Positions 8,501 through 18,337 are shown, numbered from the stretch's first letter. The stretch: 33,133 nt of DNA from an uncultured Deferribacteres bacterium (GCA_964014485.1 CAXHAT010000082.1:1-33133), one strand, 5' to 3'. A program made the numbers and translations. The notes: a model not told the origin generated them from the letters alone.

Positions 8501-11101
8501 TTGCTTACTCGATCAAAAAAAATGATTGCGGCTGTTTTGGGGTGTCTTTGGGTCGTTCCAGCATTCGGTCAGGTCGATCTTTCCTATTACATGCCTCAGG
8601 ACGTTTCATACAATTCCGACATTCCAAAACCCGCGGACTATCTTGGTTTTCAGCCGGGAGAGTGGCATTTGCGTCACGATCTGCTGGCCGGATACATGCA
8701 TCTTCTGGCGGAAAAATCGGATCGCATCACGATTGAAGAGTACGGACGGACGTATGAAAATCGTCAACTGCTCCTGCTCACCATCACTTCGCCCGAAAAT
8801 CAGCAAAACATCGACGATTTGCAGGCGGCGCATGTGCGATTGAGCGACCCTGAAAGTTCGTCATCCTCGAATATTGACGAGATGCCGGCGGTGGTGTGGT
8901 TGGGCTACAGCGTTCACGGCAACGAGCCCAGCGGCGCTAATTCAACGCCGTTGGTCGCCTACTACCTCGCGGCGGCGCAAGGCGAAAAAATCGACGACTT
9001 GCTGAACAACACGATCATTCTGCTCGACCCCAGCATCAATCCCGACGGCCTCGGACGCTTCGCGCACTGGGCTAATTCACACAAAAGTAAAAATCTCGTC
9101 GCCGATCCTTTGAATCGCGAGCACCGCGAAGCATGGCCGGGCGGGCGCACCAATCATTATTGGTTCGATCTCAACCGGGACTGGCTGCCAGTACAACATC
9201 CCGAAAGTCAGGGCCGAATCAAAAAATTTCATGAGTGGAAACCGAACGTGCTCACCGACCATCATGAGATGGGCACGAACTCGACCTTTTTCTTTATGCC
9301 CGGCATACCTTCGCGCAACAACCCGCTGACGCCGGAGCGCACTTTTGAGCTGACCGCCGAAATCGCAAAATACCACGCCAAGGCGCTCGACAAAATCGGC
9401 TCGCTTTATTACGCCAGAGAAAGTTTTGACGATTTTTATTACGGCAAAGGCTCGACCTATCCCGACGTAAACGGCGCCGTCGCCATTCTTTTCGAGCAAG
9501 GCAGCTCGCGCGGGCATTTGCAGGAGAGCATTCACGGCGATTTGAGCTTTCCCTTCACGATTCGCAACCAATTCACCGCATCGCTCTCTACGCTCGAGGC
9601 GGCGCGAAACCTGCGCACCGACTTGTTGCAGCATCAGCGCAATTTTTATACGACGGCGATGGACGAAGCGCAAAGCTCCGGCTTGAAAGCGTATGTTTTT
9701 GGCGATCCGCACGATCCGGCGCGCACGGCCGCGTTTGTTAAAATCCTGCTGACACATAAAATTCGCGTTCACAAGCTCGGCGGTGATTTGAACTTGAATG
9801 GACACAATTTCAAAGCGGATGAAGCGTTCGTTGTGCCATTGGGACAGCCGCAGCACCGCTTCATCAAAGCACTATTTGAGCGGCGCACGACTTTTCAAGA
9901 TAGTCTGTTTTACGACGTTTCCGCCTGGACGCTGCCCTTGGCTTTCAACATCCCTGACGCGGAAGTGCTCGCCGGGAATTTTTCCGCCAACCTGCTCGGC
10001 GACGCCGTCGAATCTGCTGACACGCCGAACGGCCAACTTTTTCGCAGTGACCGAACTTATGCGTATGCTTTCGAGTGGCGCGGCTATTTTGCCCCGCGCG
10101 CGCTTTACAAAATTTTGAAAGCCGGACTCAAAGCAAAAGTCGCGACGCGGCCGTTTGAGGCTGTCACGGACAACGGCCCGAAAAAATTTGATTACGGCGC
10201 TATCATTGTCCCGCTCGGCATTCAGGGCGAAGCCGCTGAAAAAGCGCACGCTTTGGCGCAGTCGATCGCGGCGGATGACGGAATCGACGTTCACGCCGTC
10301 ACGACAGGATACGCGCAATCCGGGATTGATTTGGGCAGCCGCAATTTTGAAATGATTCGCAAGCCCAAAGTGTTGATCGTCGGCGGTTCGGGCGCTTCCG
10401 GCTACGGCGTTGGCGAAGCGTGGCATCTTTTCGATCAACGCTATGACATGGACGTGAGCATCATCGAGCAGAGTTATCTGAATTTCATGGATTTGCACGA
10501 TTACACGACGATGGTGATGGCGGGTGGTTCTTACCGTGATATTAATAAATCCGGCGTTGAAAACATTGAGCGGTGGTTGCGGAGCGGCAATACGTTGATT
10601 ACATTAGGCGGCGCTGCGCGTTGGGCGGTCAACCAAAAGCTGGCGACGGCGGAATTCAAGAGTTCTCCGTCCGATTCCGGCGTAGCAAAACGGCGTTATG
10701 TCGATGCTGGAAATGATCGCGGCGCGGAGGTCATAGGCGGGGCGATTTTCGAGACGGAGCTGGATTTGACGCATCCAATTGCTTACGGTTATACGCGCGA
10801 CAAACTGGCCGTTTTTCGTCGCGGGACGATGTTCATGAAACCTTCGAAAAGCCCGTACGCGACGCCTTTGCGCTACACGGATTCGCCATTGTTAGCCGGA
10901 TATAGTTCTGACGCCAACAAAAAGGCCATTGCCAACACCGCAGCCGTTGTCGTCAGCGGCAAGGGTTCCGGCCGGGTGATTATGGTGATGGACAACGTCA
11001 ATTTTCGCGCTTTTTGGTACGGCACGAACAAGCTTTTCATCAACAGCGTCTTTTTCGGCGACGTCATCAGCGGCGGGACGTTGCGAGGCGAAGAACACTA
11101 A
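8501..11101 (+). CDS. Secreted M14 family zinc carboxypeptidase
   Basis: VHGNEPSG, NPDG, DLNRDW, DHHEMG motifs. TTG start at 8501 follows AGGAGG and gives a signal peptide; the ORF-track extension to 8405 lies inside MITE copy B. Confidence 0.92.
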   Translation: MLTRSKKMIAAVLGCLWVVPAFGQVDLSYYMPQDVSYNSDIPKPADYLGFQPGEWHLRHDLLAGYMHLLAEKSDRITIEEYGRTYENRQLLLLTITSPENQQNIDDLQAAHVRLSDPESSSSSNIDEMPAVVWLGYSVHGNEPSGANSTPLVAYYLAAAQGEKIDDLLNNTIILLDPSINPDGLGRFAHWANSHKSKNLVADPLNREHREAWPGGRTNHYWFDLNRDWLPVQHPESQGRIKKFHEWKPNVLTDHHEMGTNSTFFFMPGIPSRNNPLTPERTFELTAEIAKYHAKALDKIGSLYYARESFDDFYYGKGSTYPDVNGAVAILFEQGSSRGHLQESIHGDLSFPFTIRNQFTASLSTLEAARNLRTDLLQHQRNFYTTAMDEAQSSGLKAYVFGDPHDPARTAAFVKILLTHKIRVHKLGGDLNLNGHNFKADEAFVVPLGQPQHRFIKALFERRTTFQDSLFYDVSAWTLPLAFNIPDAEVLAGNFSANLLGDAVESADTPNGQLFRSDRTYAYAFEWRGYFAPRALYKILKAGLKAKVATRPFEAVTDNGPKKFDYGAIIVPLGIQGEAAEKAHALAQSIAADDGIDVHAVTTGYAQSGIDLGSRNFEMIRKPKVLIVGGSGASGYGVGEAWHLFDQRYDMDVSIIEQSYLNFMDLHDYTTMVMAGGSYRDINKSGVENIERWLRSGNTLITLGGAARWAVNQKLATAEFKSSPSDSGVAKRRYVDAGNDRGAEVIGGAIFETELDLTHPIAYGYTRDKLAVFRRGTMFMKPSKSPYATPLRYTDSPLLAGYSSDANKKAIANTAAVVVSGKGSGRVIMVMDNVNFRAFWYGTNKLFINSVFFGDVISGGTLRGEEH

Positions 11102-11147
11102 TTCGTAGGTGCGCATTGCGATACGCACACAAATCTCGGACGAGGTT

Positions 11148-11175
11148 GTAGAGACGCGATGCATCGCGTCTCTAC
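11148..11175. repeat. 28-bp perfect GTAG...CTAC REP-like palindrome (family 2)
   Basis: GTAGAGACGCGATGCATCGCGTCTCTAC; a degenerate GTAG hairpin precedes it at 11105-11130. Confidence 0.85.
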
Positions 11176-11256
11176 CGTCAGATCAGCGTTTTCCTAAACA
11201 AGTTTGTATTGAGGCCGCGCCCCAATCCATATTCTAATGTCACAATCGCTAAGACA

Positions 11257-12150
11257 ATGAAAACCAGCAAACCATTTAGAATTCTTCTCTACTACAAATA
11301 CATCAAAATTGAAAATCACGAGGCTTACGCCGAACTGCATTTGCGCTTCTGCAAGGCGCTAGGCGTACTCGGACGCGTCATCGTAGCGCCGGAAGGCATT
11401 AACGGCACGGTCTCCGGGACGGTTGAGCAGACGGAAGCCTACATGAACGGCATGCAAATGGATCCGCGCTTCGGCGACGTCGTGTTCAAGATCGACAAAG
11501 CGGATGAACATGCTTTCCGGCGCATTTCCGTTAAACCGAAAAATGAGATTGTTTCGTTGAAATTGGAAAACGATCTCGACCCGAATGAGTTGGGTGCGCC
11601 CCATCTCGATCCGAAGGATTTTTTCAAAAAAATGCAGGAGGAGGACGCCGTCATCCTCGACGTGCGCAACGATTACGAGTATGAATTAGGCCATTTTCGC
11701 GGAGCCGTACGGCCAGACGTTCGCGCTTTTCGCGACTTTCCCAAATGGGCCAGGCGAGAGCTAAAGGACTTTAAAAACAAGCCCGTCCTGACTTACTGCA
11801 CCGGCGGCGTGCGTTGCGAAAAATTCACCGGTTTTCTTTTGAGGGAAGGCTTTACCGACGTTGCACAATTGCGCGGCGGCATCGTTTCATACGGCAAAGA
11901 CCCGGAGGTGCAGGGGAAAAATTTTGACGGCGAATGCTTCGTTTTTGACGACCGACTGTCCGTGCAAGTCAACCGCACCGAGGGAGCCAACGTGATCTCC
12001 CATTGTCATTATTGCGGCGAGTTATCCGCGCGATACATCAACTGCTCACGCTCGACTTGCCACACGCTGTACATTTGCTGTGAAAATTGTGAAAAGGAGC
12101 ACGGCGGCGCTTGCTCGCCTGGATGCGAAGCTTTATTGAAAGAAGCGTAG
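11257..12150 (+). CDS. trhO: tRNA uridine(34) hydroxylase TrhO (YceA/UPF0176 rhodanese family)
   Basis: LLYYKY, GRVIVAPEGINGT, LDVRNDYEYELGHF, YCTGGVRCEK, CFVFDDR and Cys-rich tail. Confidence 0.92.
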   Translation: MKTSKPFRILLYYKYIKIENHEAYAELHLRFCKALGVLGRVIVAPEGINGTVSGTVEQTEAYMNGMQMDPRFGDVVFKIDKADEHAFRRISVKPKNEIVSLKLENDLDPNELGAPHLDPKDFFKKMQEEDAVILDVRNDYEYELGHFRGAVRPDVRAFRDFPKWARRELKDFKNKPVLTYCTGGVRCEKFTGFLLREGFTDVAQLRGGIVSYGKDPEVQGKNFDGECFVFDDRLSVQVNRTEGANVISHCHYCGELSARYINCSRSTCHTLYICCENCEKEHGGACSPGCEALLKEA

Positions 12151-12200
12151 CGTAACATTGTCACGCTTAACTCTTCCGATTGTCAAGTTCCAGAAGAAGA

Positions 12201-12302
12201 AGGAGTGCAAAGTTTGCTTTGCTTCTCGCTCGGCGAGACCGAATGAAACGCATGATTCAGAAGAAGCCCGCCGCTGAAAAGCAAGGCAAGCCTTGCACTC
12301 CT
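12201..12302. repeat. GGAG-footed inverted REP pair (REPIN-like) between convergent genes; possible terminator role
   Basis: AGGAGTGCAAAGTTTGCTTTGCTTCTC ... GAAAAGCAAGGCAAGCCTTGCACTCCT. Confidence 0.7.
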
Positions 12303-12404
12303 CACGCTTCGCGGATACAATCGGCGGAGACTTGAACGACAAGGTTTTATGGAAGCCGAACAGGAAAAATCAGGCGTGACAATACACAATTCAGTTTGCG
12401 CGAT

Positions 12405-13184
12405 TCAGCGAATCCCGGCCAAATAGTTTTGAATTCTTTCGCGGTAGCCACGACTAGAAGTCAGACAGACGTCGTTATTCAAAATCAAATCAAACTCTCC
12501 GCCTGGATGCGGCTTTAACTCACGAACGCGGCCAATATTGACCATGGTTGAACGATGTATTCGGAGAAATTTTTGAGGATCGACGCGCCGCTCAAAATCG
12601 TTCATCGTCGCGCGGTGCAGACAGCTTTTCGAGCCGATGTGCAGCTCAAGGTAATTGCCCGCCGCTTCAATCCAATCAACTTTTTCGAGATCGACAACGA
12701 TAATTTTTCCCGCCGATTTTACCGCCAGCCGCGATAGAAATTCTTCGGAACGCCCGGGCAAACGCTGTTTAATATTTTCAAACATTTGCCAAAGCTCTCC
12801 CCGAAACCCGTCGTGATCATTCAGAATGCGTTCGCGAATGCGCTGAATCGTTTTTGAAAATCGTTGACGGTCGAAGGGTTTGAGCAAATAATCCAGCGCG
12901 TAGTGATCGAACGCTTGCACGGCGTACTTGTCGTAGGCGGTGACGAACACGACCATTGGAGCGCTTTCTGGGGCAAGCTTCTTCAACACTTCCAAACCGT
13001 CGATTTCCGGCATTTGCACATCGAGAAAAACGAGGTCTGGTTTTGTTCGAGCCAACTCTTCCAAAGCTTCCGCGCCGTTTTTGCATTCCGCGACAATCTG
13101 GAATTCCGGTTCGTTTTGCAAGAGCGTACGAATCCGTTCCCGCGCCAACGGCTCGTCGTCAACGATGATTGTTTGAATTTTCAT
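12405..13184 (-). CDS. LytTR-family response regulator
   Basis: IVDDEPLAR, FLDVQMP, FVTAYD, DYLLKP receiver motifs; FLRIHRS LytTR domain. True ATG at 13184 overlaps the kinase end. Confidence 0.95.
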   Translation of the reverse strand: MKIQTIIVDDEPLARERIRTLLQNEPEFQIVAECKNGAEALEELARTKPDLVFLDVQMPEIDGLEVLKKLAPESAPMVVFVTAYDKYAVQAFDHYALDYLLKPFDRQRFSKTIQRIRERILNDHDGFRGELWQMFENIKQRLPGRSEEFLSRLAVKSAGKIIVVDLEKVDWIEAAGNYLELHIGSKSCLHRATMNDFERRVDPQKFLRIHRSTMVNIGRVRELKPHPGGEFDLILNNDVCLTSSRGYRERIQNYLAGIR

Positions 13185-14262
13185 AGGGAATTTTGATTCG
13201 GATATCCAGGCCGCCGCCTGCGGCTTCCAACAACTCAAACGAAAATTTCTCGCCGTAAAGCTGCTCAAGCCGGGCTTTTGTGTTTTGCAAGCCAACGCCT
13301 TCCCGGATTTTCTCAGACGCGTCGTTTTGTAGCCCGGGGCCGTTATCGCTGACGCCAAGTTGCAATTGGCCGTTTATTTTTTCTGCACTCAACCGCACAA
13401 CCCCGGCGCCGGACTTTTTCGATACGCCGTGCCGAATAGCGTTTTCAACCAACGGCTGCAAGATCAAATTTGGCACTTCCGCCGCAAGTGCGCTTTCAGC
13501 AACGTCTCGCTCGATGCGCAATCGATCCTGAAATCGCACTTGTTCGATGTGCAGGTATTTCTCCAACAGAGCGATTTCTTCGCTTAATTTCACCTTTTGG
13601 CGCGCCGGATTTTCCAGAACGAGCCGCAGCAAATCGCTCAATCGTGCGATCATTTGGTCGGCGGCTTCGGGGTCTTTGTGAATGAGCGTGGAAACGGCAT
13701 GCAACGTGTTAAACAAAAAATGGGGATGAAGCTGCATTTTCAGCGCTTGCAATTGCGCTTCGCTGAGCTGCGAGCGCAGTTTTGACGCGCGCAGTTCTCC
13801 TTCTCGAAAACGGTGGTAATAATTAATTGCCAGGACAACGAAAACGATGACCGCGTAGGTCAGAACGCCGTTGTGAATATTGCGCAATACGCCGCCAACG
13901 AGCCGCTCAGCCAACGTCTCGTTGCCATAGGCCGGAATTGGCAGAAAATCACTTGTTACGACGTATAGAGCGGACTGCGCGACAGCAAAAATCAGGCTCA
14001 ATAAAAAGTGAATCGCAACGTCGCGCGACCGCTTTTCGAAGAACGGGAATTTTCGGGTGAAATAGAGAATGGCGGGCGTAAGCAGCGCCCAAATGTAAGC
14101 GTCTACCAGCGGCAAGAATTGCTGCGCGAGGGGAATCGGCGTCGGCATGTTCGCGGCAATCATGATGTATCGACTGGAGAGAAATAACCCGACAATCGTC
14201 CAGCCGATGAAGATCAACAGAAGCCGGGCGGAGCGTTTTTGCAGAACCGGGGCTGTCAACAT
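13159..14262 (-). CDS. LytS/YehU-type membrane sensor histidine kinase
   Basis: Four TM segments, LKMQLHPHFLFNTL H-box, LQPLVENAIRHG, DNGPG, GVGLQN. Confidence 0.95.
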   Translation of the reverse strand: MLTAPVLQKRSARLLLIFIGWTIVGLFLSSRYIMIAANMPTPIPLAQQFLPLVDAYIWALLTPAILYFTRKFPFFEKRSRDVAIHFLLSLIFAVAQSALYVVTSDFLPIPAYGNETLAERLVGGVLRNIHNGVLTYAVIVFVVLAINYYHRFREGELRASKLRSQLSEAQLQALKMQLHPHFLFNTLHAVSTLIHKDPEAADQMIARLSDLLRLVLENPARQKVKLSEEIALLEKYLHIEQVRFQDRLRIERDVAESALAAEVPNLILQPLVENAIRHGVSKKSGAGVVRLSAEKINGQLQLGVSDNGPGLQNDASEKIREGVGLQNTKARLEQLYGEKFSFELLEAAGGGLDIRIKIPYENSNNHR

Positions 14263-14273
14263 TTTTGCTCAAG

Positions 14274-15197
14274 TTATTGATTTACGAGAAAGGCCCTCGC
14301 GTCAATGGCCGTCTTTCTCGGAATTTCTTCCATCGGTACGTGCCCGACGTCTTCGTAGACGATGAGTCGAGCATTGGGAAGGTCCGCCTCAAATCGGTGC
14401 GCATTTTCAACCAGCGTCCATTTATCCTCTGCGCCCCAAAGCACCAGCGCGGGCGTTTGCAAAGATTTGAGTTCCAGCGTACGATCAACAAATTTTGTCT
14501 TTGCACGAGCAATAAACGCTTCCCGATTGCCTTCGCGCAACGAAAATTCGTAATACCGCTCAACCAATTCGGGCGTGACTTTGCTGTCGTCGGCATAAAC
14601 GTCGAGCAGGCTTTTTTCGACCAGGTTGCGCGGCGTGATGTGTCGGACAACGTTATTGACGAGCGGTATTTGGGCGAGCCGGAAAACGAATGGCGTCCCA
14701 GGCGACGGGTAGCCCGCTGCGTCGAGAAGAATCATTTTTCGCACTTTGGTTGGAAATTCGAGCGTGTACGTCCATGCGATTCGACCGCCGAGAGAATTGC
14801 CTGCAATGTAGAACGAATCGACTTTCAAATATGTGAGAAATCTGTCGAGGAAATTCACATAATTTTGAATCGAGTAATCGTGCGTCTTGTTTGGCCCGGT
14901 TAAGCCGAACGCCGGCAAATCCATGCGAATAATCCGAAATTCGCTGCTCAGTTCTTTGACCCAGCCGTCCCAGGTATGCAGCGACGCGCCTGTGCCGTGC
15001 AGCAAAACCAGCGGCGCGCCCTCGCCTTCGTCGCGAAAATGCACCTGCATGTCGTCAATTTGGATAAATCTGGAGGCGTCGTTCGTGTATTTTTCTTTCA
15101 ATTGTTCGAACGGAATGTCTTCTTGAACCTGCGTGAGCATAACAACGGTCAAGATAACGAACAACGCCAAAAGAGCATAAAGCGTTTTCTTTAGCAA
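14274..15197 (-). CDS. Alpha/beta-fold hydrolase with N-terminal membrane anchor
   Basis: LLHGTG, DLPAFG, GNSLGG nucleophile elbow, WGAED, GHVPMEE. Confidence 0.92.
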   Translation of the reverse strand: MLKKTLYALLALFVILTVVMLTQVQEDIPFEQLKEKYTNDASRFIQIDDMQVHFRDEGEGAPLVLLHGTGASLHTWDGWVKELSSEFRIIRMDLPAFGLTGPNKTHDYSIQNYVNFLDRFLTYLKVDSFYIAGNSLGGRIAWTYTLEFPTKVRKMILLDAAGYPSPGTPFVFRLAQIPLVNNVVRHITPRNLVEKSLLDVYADDSKVTPELVERYYEFSLREGNREAFIARAKTKFVDRTLELKSLQTPALVLWGAEDKWTLVENAHRFEADLPNARLIVYEDVGHVPMEEIPRKTAIDARAFLVNQ

Positions 15198-15223
15198 TCC
15201 ACTCTCCGGTCAAAATGCAAGTC

Positions 15224-15292
15224 TGGAATGATGGGGTGTTGGATTATTGAAGAAATGTATCTTCCATTCATCCAAAAATCCAATACTCCAGT
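15224..15292. repeat. Head-to-head 8-mer array (TGGRNTRN then TCCAWNAN)
   Basis: TGGAATGA TGGGGTGT TGGATTAT TGAAGAAA ... TCCATTCA TCCAAAAA TCCAATAC TCCAG. Confidence 0.65.
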
Positions 15293-15304
15293 CGAAAATG
15301 AACA

Positions 15305-16408
15305 TTAGCGAATAAATGCGGCTGCTAATTGCTGCGGCAGATCGCCCCACCGCGCGCCGCCTATGTTGGTCAGAATGCTTACGACCACTTTTTGTTCCGG
15401 ATAAACGATCAGAAAAGCCGTGCCGCCTACCGAGCCGCCGCTGTGACCGACCCAATGCCTGCCTTCCGCGTCTTTATTTGTGCGCCAGCCGATCCCATAG
15501 TTTGTCGGCTTTCCGTCGTCCGTTTTTAGCGACTGCCACAAAATGTCGATGGACGTTTGCTTGAGAAATCCAGGCTGGAAGAACGCCATGCCAAAGCGCA
15601 CCATATCCGCGGTGTTTGCGATAAAACCGCCGCCCGCCCATTTATAGCTGTTATCGACGAAAGGAGCATTAATGACGGCGCCATCACCGCTTCTGGCGTA
15701 AAATCGCGTTCGATAAGCGATCAAGCTGTCGACATGATCCGCCGATGTGTGGATCATCCCAATCGGCCAGAAAACATTCTCGCGCATAAAAGCCAAAAAT
15801 TCTTCGTCAGACGCGCCTTCAATCACCGCGCTCACCAGATTCCAGCCGTAACTCGAATACGAATACTTCGTTCCGGGCTGAAAAAGCAGCGTGTCGTCTT
15901 CAAAAACATCCAATCCTTGCGCGACGGTTTTGAAGTTTTTGGATGACAAGAATTCAAGCCCGCGATAGTGCCGAATCCCGGCGATGTGCCCGGCAACTTG
16001 CCGCGTCGAGATCGGCCAGCGTTTTTCGGGGAAATCGGGCACGTATTTTTGTACCGGAGCGTCGAGGTCGAGCTTGCCGTTTTCGTGCAAAAGCATGACG
16101 GCGGCGCCGGTTAGAGATTTCGAAACGCTCCCGACGCGGAATTTGGTCAGCGGCGTTACGCGTACGCGATTTTCAACATCCGCCCAGCCAAAACCTTCCG
16201 TCCAGACAATTTTTCCGTCAACGCCGGCGGCAACGGAAAAACCGGGCAAATTATTCTTGTCCAGAAACTCATGAATAATTTGCGTCGCCTTTTCAATACT
16301 TCCCGAATATTCATGCGCAGGCGCAAAGGCGTGCTTCCCGTTCGTTTGCGCCTTGAGGGTCGAAACTGCCAGAAATATAAAAACGAAAAGTATGCGTCTT
16401 TTTTTCAT
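15305..16408 (-). CDS. Secreted serine hydrolase (class C beta-lactamase/D-aminopeptidase-like)
   Basis: Signal peptide MKKRRILFVFIFLAVSTLKA; SxxK (SVSK), YSS, HSG motifs; FQPGTKYSYS. Confidence 0.92.
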   Translation of the reverse strand: MKKRRILFVFIFLAVSTLKAQTNGKHAFAPAHEYSGSIEKATQIIHEFLDKNNLPGFSVAAGVDGKIVWTEGFGWADVENRVRVTPLTKFRVGSVSKSLTGAAVMLLHENGKLDLDAPVQKYVPDFPEKRWPISTRQVAGHIAGIRHYRGLEFLSSKNFKTVAQGLDVFEDDTLLFQPGTKYSYSSYGWNLVSAVIEGASDEEFLAFMRENVFWPIGMIHTSADHVDSLIAYRTRFYARSGDGAVINAPFVDNSYKWAGGGFIANTADMVRFGMAFFQPGFLKQTSIDILWQSLKTDDGKPTNYGIGWRTNKDAEGRHWVGHSGGSVGGTAFLIVYPEQKVVVSILTNIGGARWGDLPQQLAAAFIR

Positions 16409-16443
16409 TAACCGTTTACCTCGGTCATTTTCCACATTATTGA

Positions 16444-16686
16444 CTGATGTTACACACCGCCGTTTGGCACGCGCGATTAAAGCCCGCAGGCAACTCTTTG
16501 ATTCTCATTAGCTCCGTTCTTCAGAGCGGAGACTATTAAAGACGCCCGTCCCATCCCTTCCGCCGCGCTGGCGCGGCGGAAGGGATGAAAATGAGCGCCT
16601 TGCACGTCACCGGGCTCAAGCCCGGTGCTAATGAAACTATGTTCAAGTCTGAACAACAGGCGATGCATCGGCGTGCGCAACATCAG
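16444..16686. mobile_element. MITE-like element copy C (243 bp)
   Basis: CTGATGTTACAC...GCGCAACATCAG; flanks TTATTGA and TCATTGA (6/7 match). Same three-hairpin interior as copy B. Confidence 0.87.
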
Positions 16687-16885
16687 TCATTGAGTTAAGA
16701 ACTTCGACAAGCGGAATAAATGGAATGGTCAGTGAATTTTGTTTCAGGAATGAAAAATGAAAGGCGGGGATTTTCAATCGATTCGTGACGAAGCAAGCTT
16801 CGGCGGGGCAAAAGCGCCGCGCATTTTTAAAATACGCGGCGCACAATTCGTCAAGCGGTTTCAAACGCTGAATTACAGGATTCGG

Positions 16886-18337
16886 TCACATCGTTTTGAA
16901 CTTCCCGGCGTGAAGGTCGGCCCTAACGGCAGGGGTCAAAAGATAATCTTTCAAAAGCAAATTTCGCTCATGCAGAATGCGGCGGAAGGGGTCGAATCGC
17001 TTTCTGACTTTTTTCGCGGTTTCCAAAGTCACTTCCTTGCAATCGCGCAAATCAAGCTCGAATTGATCGCGGACGTTCGCCGGGAAATCGCCGCCATAAA
17101 CGAAAATATTGCTTTCAGAATGGTGCAGAGCTGAGCCGCGCGCGATGTTGTATGAGCCAACCGAAGCAAAAACGCCGTCGATGACGATGTTTTTTGCGTG
17201 GAATGCGCCGGGCTTTTGCCATTCAAAAACGCGAATGCCGCGCTCAATCAACCAGCGGAAATGATTACTGCTTTCCCAGTACATCCAGCCCAAAAGTCCG
17301 CCCAGCATCAGCGTCTTCGACGCCCGTTTTGAGTTCGTGATGAGACGAATTTCCACGCCTCGCGCCGCAGCTTCAGCCAAGGCTTCGGCCAAAATTCTCG
17401 GCGGGCGAATACCGTGACATCCCCAATAAATGTATCTTTTCGCTTCTCTGATAAGTTGCAAAAAAGCGTCGGTCATGGTCAATTCGTTATCGTCGTAAGG
17501 CTTGTGCGCGACGTAGCGAATTTCCTCATCGCCGGTTTTCGGCAAATACGGGAAATATTCTGAACCTTCTTCGCGCATGAAGGCCGCCTCCCGCTGTGGC
17601 CCGTCGTCGGTTTCTTCGTTCATCGCCTTGTAGCGAAAGAAATCCTTGACAAATTGCTTCTGAATGTCCGCCACAACAGGCCCGCTGATGTAAGCGTCGG
17701 AGTCACGCCAGGCTTTTGGCTTAATACCGCCGAGTGCGTACTTATCGCCCCAGTTGAGGCCGCCAAGAATCGCTTCGCGTCCGTCAACGATCAGATATTT
17801 TTCATGAAAATGTCGTTTGAGCTTGAATTTCGCCGTACGGGCAATTTGCCGGAAGGGGTGGCCTTCCCGCCATTTGGGGAACCATCCTCGGAAGAATTTG
17901 TGGTAACGAACCGTCCCCGCGCCAGCTTTTTCAAGTGTTTTCACAATACCGCCGCTAAAAGTGGAAAGCATGACGCCGTCGTCAAAAATCAGACGCACTT
18001 TTACGCCTTCGCTCAATTTTTTGAGCAAAAGATCGCGCAGTCTGAAGCTCGTTTTGTCACGCATCAGCGAAAACGCAACGATATGGATGCTGTGCTGAGC
18101 CTTTTCGAGCAACTCCCACCGCTTCGCATAAGAAGTTATTCCGCTGGGCAGGTGGACGACTTTGTTGCCTTCGCGAACTCTCGAATGCGTTAAAAAATCC
18201 GTTTCGGCGTGATTCTCGCTCTGCAAGATAGGATGGTCAGCGGCATAATCCGTCGCTTCGATTTGAGCAGGCGACGTTGACGTGGCCGTCGTGTTGCCGG
18301 CCGCTTCGATGACTTGATCGTGTATATCGTTTTGCAT
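16886..18337 (-). CDS. Phospholipase D / cardiolipin synthase-like protein
   Basis: Two HKD motifs (HEKYLIVD, HAKNIVID), GGLN, WRDSD, GSYN. No N-terminal TM segment; start uncertain. Confidence 0.9.
   Translation of the reverse strand: MQNDIHDQVIEAAGNTTATSTSPAQIEATDYAADHPILQSENHAETDFLTHSRVREGNKVVHLPSGITSYAKRWELLEKAQHSIHIVAFSLMRDKTSFRLRDLLLKKLSEGVKVRLIFDDGVMLSTFSGGIVKTLEKAGAGTVRYHKFFRGWFPKWREGHPFRQIARTAKFKLKRHFHEKYLIVDGREAILGGLNWGDKYALGGIKPKAWRDSDAYISGPVVADIQKQFVKDFFRYKAMNEETDDGPQREAAFMREEGSEYFPYLPKTGDEEIRYVAHKPYDDNELTMTDAFLQLIREAKRYIYWGCHGIRPPRILAEALAEAAARGVEIRLITNSKRASKTLMLGGLLGWMYWESSNHFRWLIERGIRVFEWQKPGAFHAKNIVIDGVFASVGSYNIARGSALHHSESNIFVYGGDFPANVRDQFELDLRDCKEVTLETAKKVRKRFDPFRRILHERNLLLKDYLLTPAVRADLHAGKFKTM

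Noticed and set aside
9077..10498. Long antisense ORFs (259 aa, 208 aa) and similar shadow ORFs elsewhere
   Set aside because: They lie opposite well-supported genes and have no recognisable motifs; expected codon-bias shadows.
13185..13358. Long N-terminus of the LytTR ORF
   Set aside because: It overlaps the kinase coding region; the receiver domain begins at the ATG at 13184.
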